From: an uncultured Candidatus Saccharibacteria bacterium
GTDB lineage: Bacteria; Patescibacteriota; Minisyncoccia; Phycocordibacterales; CSBR16-119
DNA: 64,000 nucleotides
NCBI GenBank assembly: GCA_964426385.1
Contig: CAYRQF010000001.1
Location: forward strand, 21,712-85,711
Direction of reading: 5' to 3'
A program made the translations under genes and the position numbers. Within the stretch, counting starts at the first letter, position 1, and each line of letters begins with the position of its first letter. Below, in pieces: positions 37,945 through 47,413 of the stretch. The notes under the pieces are model-generated. The model was given only the letters and a program-made list of their open reading frames with translations. It made no database searches and had not been told where the DNA came from.

Positions 37945-39033
37945 GTGTCAGTAATTATATTCATCCTAATACTCGCCGTACTTATCGTCGTGCATGAGCT
38001 CGGGCATTTTTTTATGGCGAGGAAGGGAGGTATCAGAGTCGACGAGTTCGGTCTCGGTTATCCTCCGAAGGCGCGCACTCTATGGAGGAAGAACGGTACA
38101 GATTTTACTCTCAACTGGCTACCATTCGGCGGGTTTGTAAAAATATTCGGTGAGAATCCTGACGATGAGTCGGTAAACGGTGTCCACAAGAGCGTGGCAT
38201 TCGTGAACAAACCGAAATGGGTCCAAGCACTAGTTCTATTCGCCGGGCCGTTCATGAACTTTTTCTTTGCTTGGCTGATTATCTTGGTTACACTTTTTGT
38301 GGGACTACCGACGACGATAAGCCCGGACATGGACCAGAGGTTTGTTACAGACAACACTATTATAATCACGAACATCTCTCCAGATTCTCCCGCATCAATG
38401 GCGGGGCTCAAGCCAGGGGATACGGTGACTCAGATAACACTAAAGGACGTAGTTTATAACAACATTGACAGTGTGGAGCTCCGAGCACTCGTCCTAGCAA
38501 ATCCGGAAGAGACTTTTACGATTACGACCGATTCTCCAGAGAATAATATCTTGGCGATAAAACCAGCTGATGTGAACGGAGAGAAGCTTCTCGGTCTCGG
38601 GCTCAGTGAGTTCGGTATCTATAAGCCTAATTTTGGAACTGCTTTTGTTGAGAGTTTCAGATTCACAGGCGCTATGATCGCGAACATCACACTAACTTTG
38701 GTGAACCTTATAGGTGGTGCATTTACAGGTACGGCAGACGTCTCTAACCTAGCGGGTCCGATAGGTATCGTCGGTTTGGTGGGGGATGCGAGCGAGATGG
38801 GACTTGTTTACTTGATGACATTTACGGCACTCATATCTATAAACCTCGGCGTTATCAACCTTATACCATTCCCAGCGCTCGATGGTGGCAGACTACTGTT
38901 TCTACTTATCGAAAAGATAAAGGGAGGACGTATAAACTACAAAGTCGCCAACACTTTGAATTTCGTGGGCTTCTCTCTTCTCATAATCCTAATGCTTTTC
39001 ATTAGCTACAAGGATATAGTCAGGCTTTTCTAG
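37945..39033 (+). CDS. rseP: RIP zinc metalloprotease RseP (site-2 protease)
   Basis: HELGHF (HExxH) in the first TM helix; PDZ-like middle; LDGG motif near C-terminus. Confidence 0.8.
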   Translation: MSVIIFILILAVLIVVHELGHFFMARKGGIRVDEFGLGYPPKARTLWRKNGTDFTLNWLPFGGFVKIFGENPDDESVNGVHKSVAFVNKPKWVQALVLFAGPFMNFFFAWLIILVTLFVGLPTTISPDMDQRFVTDNTIIITNISPDSPASMAGLKPGDTVTQITLKDVVYNNIDSVELRALVLANPEETFTITTDSPENNILAIKPADVNGEKLLGLGLSEFGIYKPNFGTAFVESFRFTGAMIANITLTLVNLIGGAFTGTADVSNLAGPIGIVGLVGDASEMGLVYLMTFTALISINLGVINLIPFPALDGGRLLFLLIEKIKGGRINYKVANTLNFVGFSLLIILMLFISYKDIVRLF

Positions 39034-39059
39034 TCCAAGTCAGGGTCTTGACAAGTTAG

Positions 39060-39088
39060 TTGACAGGTAATTGGTTTGATGATAGAAT
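39060..39088 (+). promoter_or_regulatory. sigma70-type promoter TTGACA-N17-TAGAAT, with a second TTGACA 12 nt upstream
   Basis: Tandem -35 hexamers at 39048 and 39060; -10 TAGAAT at 39083. Confidence 0.45.
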
Positions 39089-39149
39089 CAAAAACACAAA
39101 TTATATAAGAACTTTAGAAGCTTATTTATTAACAAATATAAAGCGATTT

Positions 39150-40178
39150 ATGGCGATTATTTCCTTCAGACCAAAACAAGTAAGTAAGAAGCTCCTGTCA
39201 TCACTAAAAGACAGATCTTTTGATGTCATAGCGAACCGTTATGGCCTAACTGACGATGCCGAGCGGAAGACCCTAGAAGCTATAGGCAAAAAGTACGGTA
39301 TTACCCGTGAGCGTGTTCGCCAGATCGAAAATACGGCGCTCAACACTATTCGTAAGTCAAAAGAGATGGATGAGCACAAAGCTGTTTTTGTAGAGCTCAA
39401 GGCACTACTACACTCTCTGGGTGCTGTCGTGTCCGAAGAAGAGTTCCTGGATCATGTCTCGAAGGACAAGTCTACACAGAACCATATCCACCTCGCCCTC
39501 GTTCTATCTGATGATTTCTATAAGGACAAAGAAGACGAGGATTTCCGATCTCGCTGGTCTATCGATCATGAGGTTGTCGACAGTGTCCATGAGGCGCTCG
39601 AGAAGCTCTACAGTTCTCTAGGAGATGATGAGCTCGTACCTGAGAGCAAGATGATAGAGAAATTCCTGTCACATGTAAAAAACCTTTCTGAAGAGCATCG
39701 TGATCAGGAGATCGCCAAGCGATGGCTCGGACTCTCAAAGAAGATCGCAAAGAACCCACTCAACGAATGGGGTCGCGCTGACTCGAAAAATGTTAAGACT
39801 CGCGGAGTCAAAGACTATACATTCCTCGTCATGCGACGCCACGGAGAGCCTATGCACTTCCGAGAAGTAGCCGAAGCCATCACAAAAACTTTTAACAGGA
39901 AAACTCTCGCCGCAACTACTCACAACGAACTTATCAAGGACCCACGTTTCGTTCTAGTGGGCCGAGGACGCTATGCTCTCAGAGATTGGGGATACAAGCC
40001 AGGAATAGTTCGTGAGGTTATCGCTGGCATTCTGAAGGAGCACGGACCGATGGGCAAGGACGATGTTGTGGATGCAGTGCTGAAGGAAAGATTCCTCAAG
40101 CGAAACACAATCCTAGTCAATCTCCACAACCCGAAATATTTCAAGAAGACAAAAGACGGAAAATACGATAACGCTTAA
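39150..40178 (+). CDS. sigma-70 region-4-like HTH plus C-terminal HARE-HTH domain protein
   Basis: LTDDAERKTLEAIGKKYGITRERVRQIENTAL resembles sigma region 4; C-terminal FVLVGRGRYALRDWGY resembles the HARE-HTH motif; start assumed at internal Met 39150. Confidence 0.4.
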   Translation: MAIISFRPKQVSKKLLSSLKDRSFDVIANRYGLTDDAERKTLEAIGKKYGITRERVRQIENTALNTIRKSKEMDEHKAVFVELKALLHSLGAVVSEEEFLDHVSKDKSTQNHIHLALVLSDDFYKDKEDEDFRSRWSIDHEVVDSVHEALEKLYSSLGDDELVPESKMIEKFLSHVKNLSEEHRDQEIAKRWLGLSKKIAKNPLNEWGRADSKNVKTRGVKDYTFLVMRRHGEPMHFREVAEAITKTFNRKTLAATTHNELIKDPRFVLVGRGRYALRDWGYKPGIVREVIAGILKEHGPMGKDDVVDAVLKERFLKRNTILVNLHNPKYFKKTKDGKYDNA

Positions 40179-40252
40179 TTAAAACTAAAGCAAAATCCCC
40201 GGAAAGGGGATTTTGCTTTTTGCAATGACACGAGAGGTGATAGAATTGTCTC

Positions 40253-41503
40253 ATGCCGGGATTTTTTGAACTATTCAATAGTCAATATATAAATTCACTC
40301 GATCAGACCATCAACATTATCCGATGGTTTGTTCCATTCGCACTGATTATTATCGGTTGGAAACTTTGGATCAAACATATAAACCTCGAATGGATCGCCA
40401 AACTTAAGTGGGTTATGCTCGAGGTCAAAGTCCCACGGGATATCTACAAGACTCCGATGGCCATGGAGATGGTCTTTGCTAACGCTTTTTTTCAGACCGG
40501 AGGTATCCCAACTCGCTACAAGAGATATTGGCTTGGACGCGTCCTACTATGGTTCTCTCTAGAGATAGTCTCGACTGAGGGCGAGATACATTTCTATATC
40601 AGAACGCCGGTTCAAATGCGTAATATTATCGAGAGTCAGATATACGCTCAGTATCCACAGGCAGAAGTTTTTGAAGTCGAAGACTATGCTATGAAAGTCC
40701 TCGCATCCATGCACGAAGAGGAGTGGGCTGTCTGGGGCTGTGAACAACGCAAGAAGAAAAATGGGGCATACCCCATAAAGACATATGTTGATTACAAGTT
40801 GGATAAGCCAACTACAAAGATAGAAGAAGAGGCTGGTCTCATAGATCCTATAACTGGAATTCTCGAGTGGATGGGTTCCATCGGCAAGGATGAGCATATA
40901 TGGTTTCAGATTATTATCCGCGGTAGCAAGAGAAGCTATCCTAAACCAGGCTCATTTTTTGGTGCACGTGAAGAATGGTCTGATAGAGCAAAACGTGAGA
41001 TTAAGAAAGTAAAAGAGAAGTTCGAGAGTCCAGGGGATGACGCCCTGGAAGCACTCGGTCAGAAACTCAAGATGACGAAACTCGAGCAGGAAACTATCAC
41101 AGCCATGGAGCGAGCACTCGATAAGCCCGCTTTCGATGTTGGGATGCGAACGATGTATTTGGCGAAGAAGTCTGCTTTTAAGGGCGAGCATATCCCAGGT
41201 CTAGTTGGCTTTCTTCGTCCATTCGGGTCAAATAACCTAAATGGTTTTAGAATTGGGGCAGAAACTGACTTTGATGACCCTTGGCAGGATATCACCGGAG
41301 ACCGTACGTGGCGCAGGAAGAGAGAGATGGTCAAGGAGTATGCCGAACGTCAATTCTTCTATCCTGATGCAAAAAGTTTCTTCACGCTTAATTCCGAAGA
41401 GCTCGCAACCATTTATCACTTCCCAGGACGTGTTTCTACCACACCTACATTCAAACGTATCGAGTCTAAAAAGTCCGATCCACCAGTGGATTTGCCGGTC
41501 TAG
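40253..41503 (+). CDS. hypothetical membrane-anchored protein (416 aa)
   Basis: N-terminal TM helix (VPFALIIIGWKLWI); no recognisable catalytic motif. Confidence 0.35.
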   Translation: MPGFFELFNSQYINSLDQTINIIRWFVPFALIIIGWKLWIKHINLEWIAKLKWVMLEVKVPRDIYKTPMAMEMVFANAFFQTGGIPTRYKRYWLGRVLLWFSLEIVSTEGEIHFYIRTPVQMRNIIESQIYAQYPQAEVFEVEDYAMKVLASMHEEEWAVWGCEQRKKKNGAYPIKTYVDYKLDKPTTKIEEEAGLIDPITGILEWMGSIGKDEHIWFQIIIRGSKRSYPKPGSFFGAREEWSDRAKREIKKVKEKFESPGDDALEALGQKLKMTKLEQETITAMERALDKPAFDVGMRTMYLAKKSAFKGEHIPGLVGFLRPFGSNNLNGFRIGAETDFDDPWQDITGDRTWRRKREMVKEYAERQFFYPDAKSFFTLNSEELATIYHFPGRVSTTPTFKRIESKKSDPPVDLPV

Positions 41504-41530
41504 TGATATGGTAAGATGGTTCTTTAATAT

Positions 41531-42529
41531 ATGTACGAATTCCACGTTGAGCCGGGGATAGAACCCCGGTCAAAAACAAAGATTAATTGGTGGCGGACTA
41601 TAGCGTCGCTCATAGCTCTCGTTATACTTTTATCTTTCGCGTCGATGATATTCCCGCCGTCAGATTTCCCGTCTGATGTAGTGGTGACCATAGAAGACGG
41701 CTCATCACTCGGTTCTATCGCCGAGGATTTTGAGGATAGGGGTATCGTAAAATCTTCGGGCATCTTCAAATCTATGGTTGTTTTCTTTGGTGCGGACAAG
41801 AGTATCTCTACTGGGGATTATCTATTCAAGCGTCCTATCGGAGTATTTGAAGTTGCTCGCCGTGTTGCCACAGGAGATTTTGGAGTTGAGAAGATTGCCG
41901 TGACATTGCCAGAGGGTCTCACTATCAAAGAGATGACAGAGATATTGGAAGTAAAATTGCCAGAGTTCAATTCTGAGGAGTTTATGTTCCTCGTTCAGGA
42001 CAAAGAGGGCTTCATGTTCCCGGATACTTACTTGCTATTTGCCTCGACGAAAACATCCGATGTGGTAGATGTTATGAAGGAAACTTTCGACAAGAAGGTC
42101 GTAAAAGCTTTTGACAAAGAGTTAGAGAGAAGTGAGCGAACACTCGAGGAGATTATCACCATGGCCTCCATCATAGAAGATGAGGCTTCTGGCGGGTATG
42201 AGGAGAAACAGATGGTTTCTGGGATTCTATGGAAGCGACTAGATATGGGCATGCTACTCCAGGTAGATGCGACATTGCGCTATGTAAACGGCAAAGAGTC
42301 CAAAGACCTGACGCTAACTGATTTGGCCGCTGATCACGAGTACAATACATATGTCCACAAGGGCTTACCACCGACGCCGATCGGCAACCCTGGCGTCGAC
42401 GCGATTCGTGCCGCTCTCAATCCAAAAGATTCGATATACTATTTCTATCTGCATGACAATGACGGGGGGATACATTACGCCAAGACTTTTGAAGATCACA
42501 AGAAAAACATCGCTACATATCTACGATAA
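41531..42529 (+). CDS. mltG: endolytic murein transglycosylase MltG (YceG family)
   Basis: N-terminal TM; C-terminal YNTYVHKGLPPTPIGNPG YceG signature. Confidence 0.8.
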   Translation: MYEFHVEPGIEPRSKTKINWWRTIASLIALVILLSFASMIFPPSDFPSDVVVTIEDGSSLGSIAEDFEDRGIVKSSGIFKSMVVFFGADKSISTGDYLFKRPIGVFEVARRVATGDFGVEKIAVTLPEGLTIKEMTEILEVKLPEFNSEEFMFLVQDKEGFMFPDTYLLFASTKTSDVVDVMKETFDKKVVKAFDKELERSERTLEEIITMASIIEDEASGGYEEKQMVSGILWKRLDMGMLLQVDATLRYVNGKESKDLTLTDLAADHEYNTYVHKGLPPTPIGNPGVDAIRAALNPKDSIYYFYLHDNDGGIHYAKTFEDHKKNIATYLR

Positions 42530-42532
42530 AAT

Positions 42533-43078
42533 ATGAAAAAGCATAACCTAGCATTCGTCGATATAGAGACTACTGGTCTCGACCCTGAAAAGCACGAGAT
42601 TATCGAGCTAGCTTTTGTGCTGGTCAAACAACTCGGTGACAAAGGTCAGGAGTTCGAAGTTATCGAGGAGATGGAATTCAAAATAAAACCTGAGCGTATC
42701 GAGGACGCTGACCCTCAGTCACTCAAGGTCAACGGCTACGAGCCGTCAGCTTGGATATTTGCCAATACTCTATCCGAGGCTATGAAGGTGTTCTCAGAGA
42801 AAACCAAGGATGCGATATTCGTCGCTCACAATCTCACGTTTGATTATTCGTTCATGGACAAAGCCTGGAAGAAGACAGGTGTACAAAACCAGATGTTTTA
42901 TCCGAAGATTGATACTATATCTATCGCCTATGCCAAACTTCACACGAATCCCAGGATAGATAAGTTTCGACTTCAGAAATTGTGTGAGTATTTCGGTATT
43001 GAGAATGCAAAAGCTCACTCAGCTCTCTCCGACACTAGGGCGCTGTTTGAGGTTTACAAGAAATTAATGAGCTTATAG
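42533..43078 (+). CDS. DEDDh 3'-5' exonuclease (DnaQ / Pol III epsilon-like)
   Basis: Exo I FVDIETTGLD, Exo II HNLTFDYSF, Exo III HSALSDTRAL. Confidence 0.75.
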   Translation: MKKHNLAFVDIETTGLDPEKHEIIELAFVLVKQLGDKGQEFEVIEEMEFKIKPERIEDADPQSLKVNGYEPSAWIFANTLSEAMKVFSEKTKDAIFVAHNLTFDYSFMDKAWKKTGVQNQMFYPKIDTISIAYAKLHTNPRIDKFRLQKLCEYFGIENAKAHSALSDTRALFEVYKKLMSL

Positions 43079-43150
43079 CTTATTGCTTTTAGCTTCTAGG
43101 AATCGCTATAAGCTAGCCTCTAAAAGCTATAAGCTTCGAGATATTGGCTT
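43067..43150. repeat. cluster of GCTATAAGC/GCTTATAGC palindromic repeats between the dnaQ-like gene and mnmA
   Basis: GAGCTTATAGC ... GCTATAAGCTAGC ... AGCTATAAGCTTCGAG; nested inverted repeats, likely a complex terminator or structured element. Confidence 0.4.
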
Positions 43151-43180
43151 TTTCTCAAAAAATAAATAAACTCTTTTAGT

Positions 43181-44221
43181 ATGCAGAAATCCCAGGGTAA
43201 AGTTTTCGTTGGCGTCTCAGGTGGAGTTGATAGCTCTGTTTCTTTGGCGTTACTCAAAGATGCGGGCTATGACGTCGTCGGATGCTTTATCCGGACATGG
43301 CAGCCTGATTTTATCGAGTGCACCTGGAAAGAAGAACGCCGTGATGCGATGCGTGTTTGTGCCAAACTTGGTGTGCCGTTCATTACTATCGACGCAGAGC
43401 AAGAATACAAAGAACTAGTAGGTGAGTATTTTATAAACGAGTACAGAATGGGACGTACACCGAACCCGGATGTTATGTGTAATCGTGAGATCAAGTTCGG
43501 CGTGTTCCTGCGATACGCTCTAGCGCACGGGGCAGACTATGTGGCGACAGGTCACTATGCCCGCACAAAAGACGCTAAGCTTCTGGCGGGTATAGATAAG
43601 TCCAAAGATCAGAGTTACTTCTTGTGGACCCTGACACCGGATCAGCTCAGTCATACATTGTTTCCGATAGGACATCTCGAGAAGACCGAGGTCAGGAAGC
43701 TTGCCGAAAAGTATGATCTGCCGACCGCTATGAAAAAAGACTCTCAAGGGGTGTGTTTTATGGGTCCGATCGATATGAAAGAATTCCTTGCACACTATAT
43801 AGAGAAGAAAAGGGGCGAGGTTTTAGATATTGATGGCAATGTTATCGGTTATCATGATGGCGCATTATTTTTCACACTTGGTGAACGTCATGGTTTTACT
43901 ATTACAAGTAAAGGCACGGATGATTCGCGTTTGTACGTTGTGGATAGAGACCTAGAAAAAAATACACTAACTGTTTCAACTAATGATATTAAATCTGAGA
44001 AGAGTAATAAAAGAATAATCCTAGAGAGTATTAACTGGATCGTTCCGCCGCTCGAGGGAAAAAAGTACGGCGCGCGAATCCGTTATCAGCAGGTTTTGCA
44101 AGATTGTTTTGTTGAGGGTCACACTGTAACCTTTGACATACCGCAGGACACCGCCACTTCTGGGCAGTCTATAGTCGTTTATGACGGTGACGTATGTCTC
44201 GGAGGAGCTATCATCGTTTAG
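43181..44221 (+). CDS. mnmA: tRNA-specific 2-thiouridylase
   Basis: PP-loop VSGGVDSSV; catalytic Cys in FIRTWQPDFIECTW; 346 aa. Confidence 0.85.
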   Translation: MQKSQGKVFVGVSGGVDSSVSLALLKDAGYDVVGCFIRTWQPDFIECTWKEERRDAMRVCAKLGVPFITIDAEQEYKELVGEYFINEYRMGRTPNPDVMCNREIKFGVFLRYALAHGADYVATGHYARTKDAKLLAGIDKSKDQSYFLWTLTPDQLSHTLFPIGHLEKTEVRKLAEKYDLPTAMKKDSQGVCFMGPIDMKEFLAHYIEKKRGEVLDIDGNVIGYHDGALFFTLGERHGFTITSKGTDDSRLYVVDRDLEKNTLTVSTNDIKSEKSNKRIILESINWIVPPLEGKKYGARIRYQQVLQDCFVEGHTVTFDIPQDTATSGQSIVVYDGDVCLGGAIIV

Positions 44222-44525
44222 GTTTGATTGTAAGGATTAGATTCATTGTTTTTCTGCAAGTGGCGGTCCTTTACATTTGACTTTTACTACAATATGTGTT
44301 AGGGTTTAGCAAACCTTAACATCCTACACATCACATGGCCAGGAAAAAGAAGCCGATTCTCACGCAACCGACCCGTGCAACCCAAGGCATCAAGGTCCGT
44401 CTTGATTCGCGGACGGTCATAACCCTTTCAAAGCTTGAAAACCTTGCTTTCTGGAAGGTGCGCTATCCGAACGCCGAGGTTATCGGCTGAACTCACACTC
44501 ACGCTCACTATAGATCGACAAGGAG

Positions 44526-44783
44526 ATGCCAAGACACGAAGAAACCAAGAAGAAGCACTTCTCATTCCTGAGCTCGCTCGCTGCTCCAGCTGCCGTGGTA
44601 CCAGAACAACAACCAAAGATCGGCCACATGGTCGTCAAAGGTGATAAGTTCGAGGTGACTACCGGTAACGCGAACAGATGGCTCAGAGAGCCAGGCGCCA
44701 GGATCATTGGTGTGTATGTGAAGGGTGAAGGGGGCCAGGTCGTGCTCAAAAAGCATGCAGAAGTCCTGGTCGAAGTACCTTAA
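44526..44783 (+). CDS. small hypothetical protein on a GC-rich patch
   Basis: ORF followed by terminator 44810-44840 with the conserved tail GGGGCTTTGTCGTTTTT; start uncertain. Confidence 0.25.
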   Translation: MPRHEETKKKHFSFLSSLAAPAAVVPEQQPKIGHMVVKGDKFEVTTGNANRWLREPGARIIGVYVKGEGGQVVLKKHAEVLVEVP

Positions 44784-44809
44784 TGAAGCACCCCGTCCTA
44801 ACAGACGAC

Positions 44810-44840
44810 GGCCCCACGCGAGTGGGGCTTTGTCGTTTTT
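44810..44840 (+). terminator. rho-independent terminator GGCCCCAC-GCGA-GTGGGGC plus TTTGTCGTTTTT
   Basis: Hairpin plus T-run; tail identical to terminators at 4195 and 45186. Confidence 0.6.
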
Positions 44841-44876
44841 AAGATCTGTATTAAAATATTTTAAACAAGTAACATC

Positions 44877-45170
44877 ATGCAACTAGAAATGTTTTCACAA
44901 CCAGGTGGATCAAAAAAGGAGAAAGTCCCCGTAGAACTTTCTCCTGCGGACAGAGAAAAGCGTGCGCTAGCTGAGAATCTTCCCGTCAAAGTGAAGTTCA
45001 GGAGGAAAGATGGTGACAACGCTGAGACAACCATGACTCTTCGTCCTGAAAGACAGCAATCTCTCGAGGAGAAGATTAAGTGGTGGCGTGGAATGCATCC
45101 TGATCTTTGGGTTAGTGAGATTATTGAGTCGCGTAAGGATGATCGCGATCCAACCTCTCTTGCTGCATAA
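44877..45170 (+). CDS. small hypothetical protein (97 aa, K/R/E-rich)
   Basis: ORF with own terminator at 45186-45214; no recognisable motif. Confidence 0.3.
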   Translation: MQLEMFSQPGGSKKEKVPVELSPADREKRALAENLPVKVKFRRKDGDNAETTMTLRPERQQSLEEKIKWWRGMHPDLWVSEIIESRKDDRDPTSLAA

Positions 45171-45185
45171 TTATTGAGCACAAGG

Positions 45186-45214
45186 ACACCCCCCTTCGGG
45201 GGCTTTGTCGTTTT
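45186..45214 (+). terminator. rho-independent terminator CCCCC-TTCG-GGGGG plus CTTTGTCGTTTT
   Basis: Hairpin plus T-run, conserved GGGGCTTTGTCGTTTT tail. Confidence 0.6.
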
Positions 45215-45239
45215 GGGTGTCTAATATATACTTTTCCTT

Positions 45240-46916
45240 ATGACTAGCCGAGAAATACGCCAAAAATACTTAGATTTTTTTGCTTCCAAAGGGCATGTCG
45301 TTTTACCGTCGGCATCGCTGGTGCCAGTGGGTGACTCGTCTGTTCTGTTCACCACAGCCGGTATGCAACCACTTGTGCCATATCTTCTGGGTGAAAATCA
45401 TCCAGCGGGTACAAAGCTCGCGAGTGCACAGAAATGCGTCCGTACCGGAGACATTGATGATATAGGCGATAACAGACATCTCACTTTTTTTGAAATGCTT
45501 GGTAATTGGTCTCTCGGCGATTACTTCAAAGACGAGTCCATCGCCTGGAGTTACGAGTTCCTAACTGACAAATCTGCCGGCCTCGGGCTCGATCCATCTC
45601 GACTATATATCACATGCTTCGAGGGCGACGACGATGCTCCACGTGACACAGAGTCCGCAGAGCTATGGATAAAAGCCGGTATTCCTTCGTCAAGAATTTA
45701 TTTCCTTGGCAAAGACGACAACTGGTGGGGACCTGGAGACAATGGTCCATGTGGACCAGATACTGAGATTTTTTATGACGTAACAGGAAAATATGGCGAA
45801 CTTTTACATGATGAATTTTTAAATGCACAGAAAACCGAGGGGGTGATTGAGATTTGGAATAATGTTTTCATGGAATACCGCTCTGAGAATGGGAAAGTTG
45901 TCGGTAAACTCGATCAGAAGAACGTCGACACGGGTATGGGACTCGAGCGCATAACTGCGGTGGTAAATGGTCTCGACAATGTTTACGAAACAGACTTGTT
46001 CAATGGGGAGAAAACGAAGAAAGAAAGAATCGTGGCAGATCACGTCAAAGCCGCACTATTTCTTATATCTGACGGAGTGCTTCCGGGCAATACCGGCCAG
46101 GGATATATCGTTCGCCGTTTGATTCGCAGGGCGGTAAGATTCTCTAATGAACCTCTTGCTACCAAGATTACTGCAGTCAAAGAACTTTATTCGGGCATCT
46201 ATAAGCTAGAAGACAATAGAGAAATCGCCAAAGAAGAAGAAAAGTTTCGAAAGACTCTAGAGAAGGGTATCAAAGAATTCGAGACCGGCACTGATCCGTT
46301 CACTTTGTTTACGACTTATGGTTTTCCAATCGAGTTAACAGAAGAATTGGCCAAAGAAAAAGGGGTCAAGATTGATCGAGCAGATTTCGACACCAAGATG
46401 TCCGAACATCAGAAGCTCTCTCAGACGTCATCCGCGGGCATGTTCAAGGGTGGTCTTGCGAACCATAACGAGGCGACGATCAAACTTCACACAGCGCACC
46501 ATCTACTACTAGCTGCGCTCCAGCAAGTGCTCGGGCCAGAGGTAAAACAGCGGGGAAGTAATATTACCGAGGAACGTCTACGTATCGACTTCGCTTTCGA
46601 CAGGAAGATGACAGATGAAGAGAAGAAGCGTGTCGAAGATATCGTAAATGATGCCATCTCAAAAGATCTAAAGGTTGTTAAGCGTGAGATGCCTCTAGCA
46701 GAGGCTCAGGCACTTGGCGCCGAGATGGAGTTCGGTGCTAAATATGGGGATGTGGTTTCTGTATACTTTATCGAAGATGAGAGTGGGTTTGCTCTATCCA
46801 AAGAGTTCTGTGGTGGTCCTCATGTCGAGCACACTGGTGTGATCGGCCACTTCAAAATACAAAAAGAAGAAGCCTCATCTGCCGGCGTCAGGCGTATCAA
46901 AGGAATATTGGAATAA
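45240..46916 (+). CDS. alaS: alanyl-tRNA synthetase, short form lacking the C-Ala domain
   Basis: Class II catalytic core (FTTAGMQPLVPYLLG, FFEMLGNWSLGDYFK); editing-domain HxxxH (HTAHHLLLAAL) and CGGPHV motifs; 558 aa. Confidence 0.8.
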   Translation: MTSREIRQKYLDFFASKGHVVLPSASLVPVGDSSVLFTTAGMQPLVPYLLGENHPAGTKLASAQKCVRTGDIDDIGDNRHLTFFEMLGNWSLGDYFKDESIAWSYEFLTDKSAGLGLDPSRLYITCFEGDDDAPRDTESAELWIKAGIPSSRIYFLGKDDNWWGPGDNGPCGPDTEIFYDVTGKYGELLHDEFLNAQKTEGVIEIWNNVFMEYRSENGKVVGKLDQKNVDTGMGLERITAVVNGLDNVYETDLFNGEKTKKERIVADHVKAALFLISDGVLPGNTGQGYIVRRLIRRAVRFSNEPLATKITAVKELYSGIYKLEDNREIAKEEEKFRKTLEKGIKEFETGTDPFTLFTTYGFPIELTEELAKEKGVKIDRADFDTKMSEHQKLSQTSSAGMFKGGLANHNEATIKLHTAHHLLLAALQQVLGPEVKQRGSNITEERLRIDFAFDRKMTDEEKKRVEDIVNDAISKDLKVVKREMPLAEAQALGAEMEFGAKYGDVVSVYFIEDESGFALSKEFCGGPHVEHTGVIGHFKIQKEEASSAGVRRIKGILE

Positions 46917-46965
46917 TTGACATTGAGCTTGGTAATTTGTAGTCTGATACAAAACCCAAACGGCC

Positions 46966-47313
46966 ATGTTACACATTTTCAACGTCTTCGTTCGCAGTAA
47001 GGGTGTCGCAGGTCACCCGAGTGCCAATTACATCTACACTGAACCGCTCACTGCGCTGACATTCGCGAGGAAGACCCGCGACGATCATAGTGGTATGATC
47101 GTGAGTGTCGCGATCTTGAAACAATTCCCAAGCCTTGGGATCGAGACGGAGCATGGTGACTTCAGCGAGGCGAGACAAAAAAGGGAAAAGGAGACCGTAT
47201 TCCTGACTACGTGGCCTTTGAACCCTGGAGACCCTTGGGTCGAGAAGTTCTCACCTGAGTTCGAAGAACTCATCAAAAGTCTGACATCTGAAGAAGAGGT
47301 TACTGTTGCGTAG
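46966..47313 (+). CDS. hypothetical protein (115 aa)
   Basis: ORF with possible promoter TTGACA-N17-TAGTCT at 46919 and a terminator at 47325-47372. Confidence 0.3.
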   Translation: MLHIFNVFVRSKGVAGHPSANYIYTEPLTALTFARKTRDDHSGMIVSVAILKQFPSLGIETEHGDFSEARQKREKETVFLTTWPLNPGDPWVEKFSPEFEELIKSLTSEEEVTVA

Positions 47314-47324
47314 CTGTACCGTTT

Positions 47325-47372
47325 GCCCACTCGAGAAGGCCCACGCCTTTTCAGGTGGGCTTTCTTGTTTTC
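47325..47372 (+). terminator. terminator GCCCAC-loop-GTGGGC plus TTTCTTGTTTTC
   Basis: Stem-loop plus T-run. Confidence 0.45.
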
Positions 47373-47413
47373 AACTTAGTGCATAGCGTTTTAGTTGATA
47401 CAATAGATTTGTA

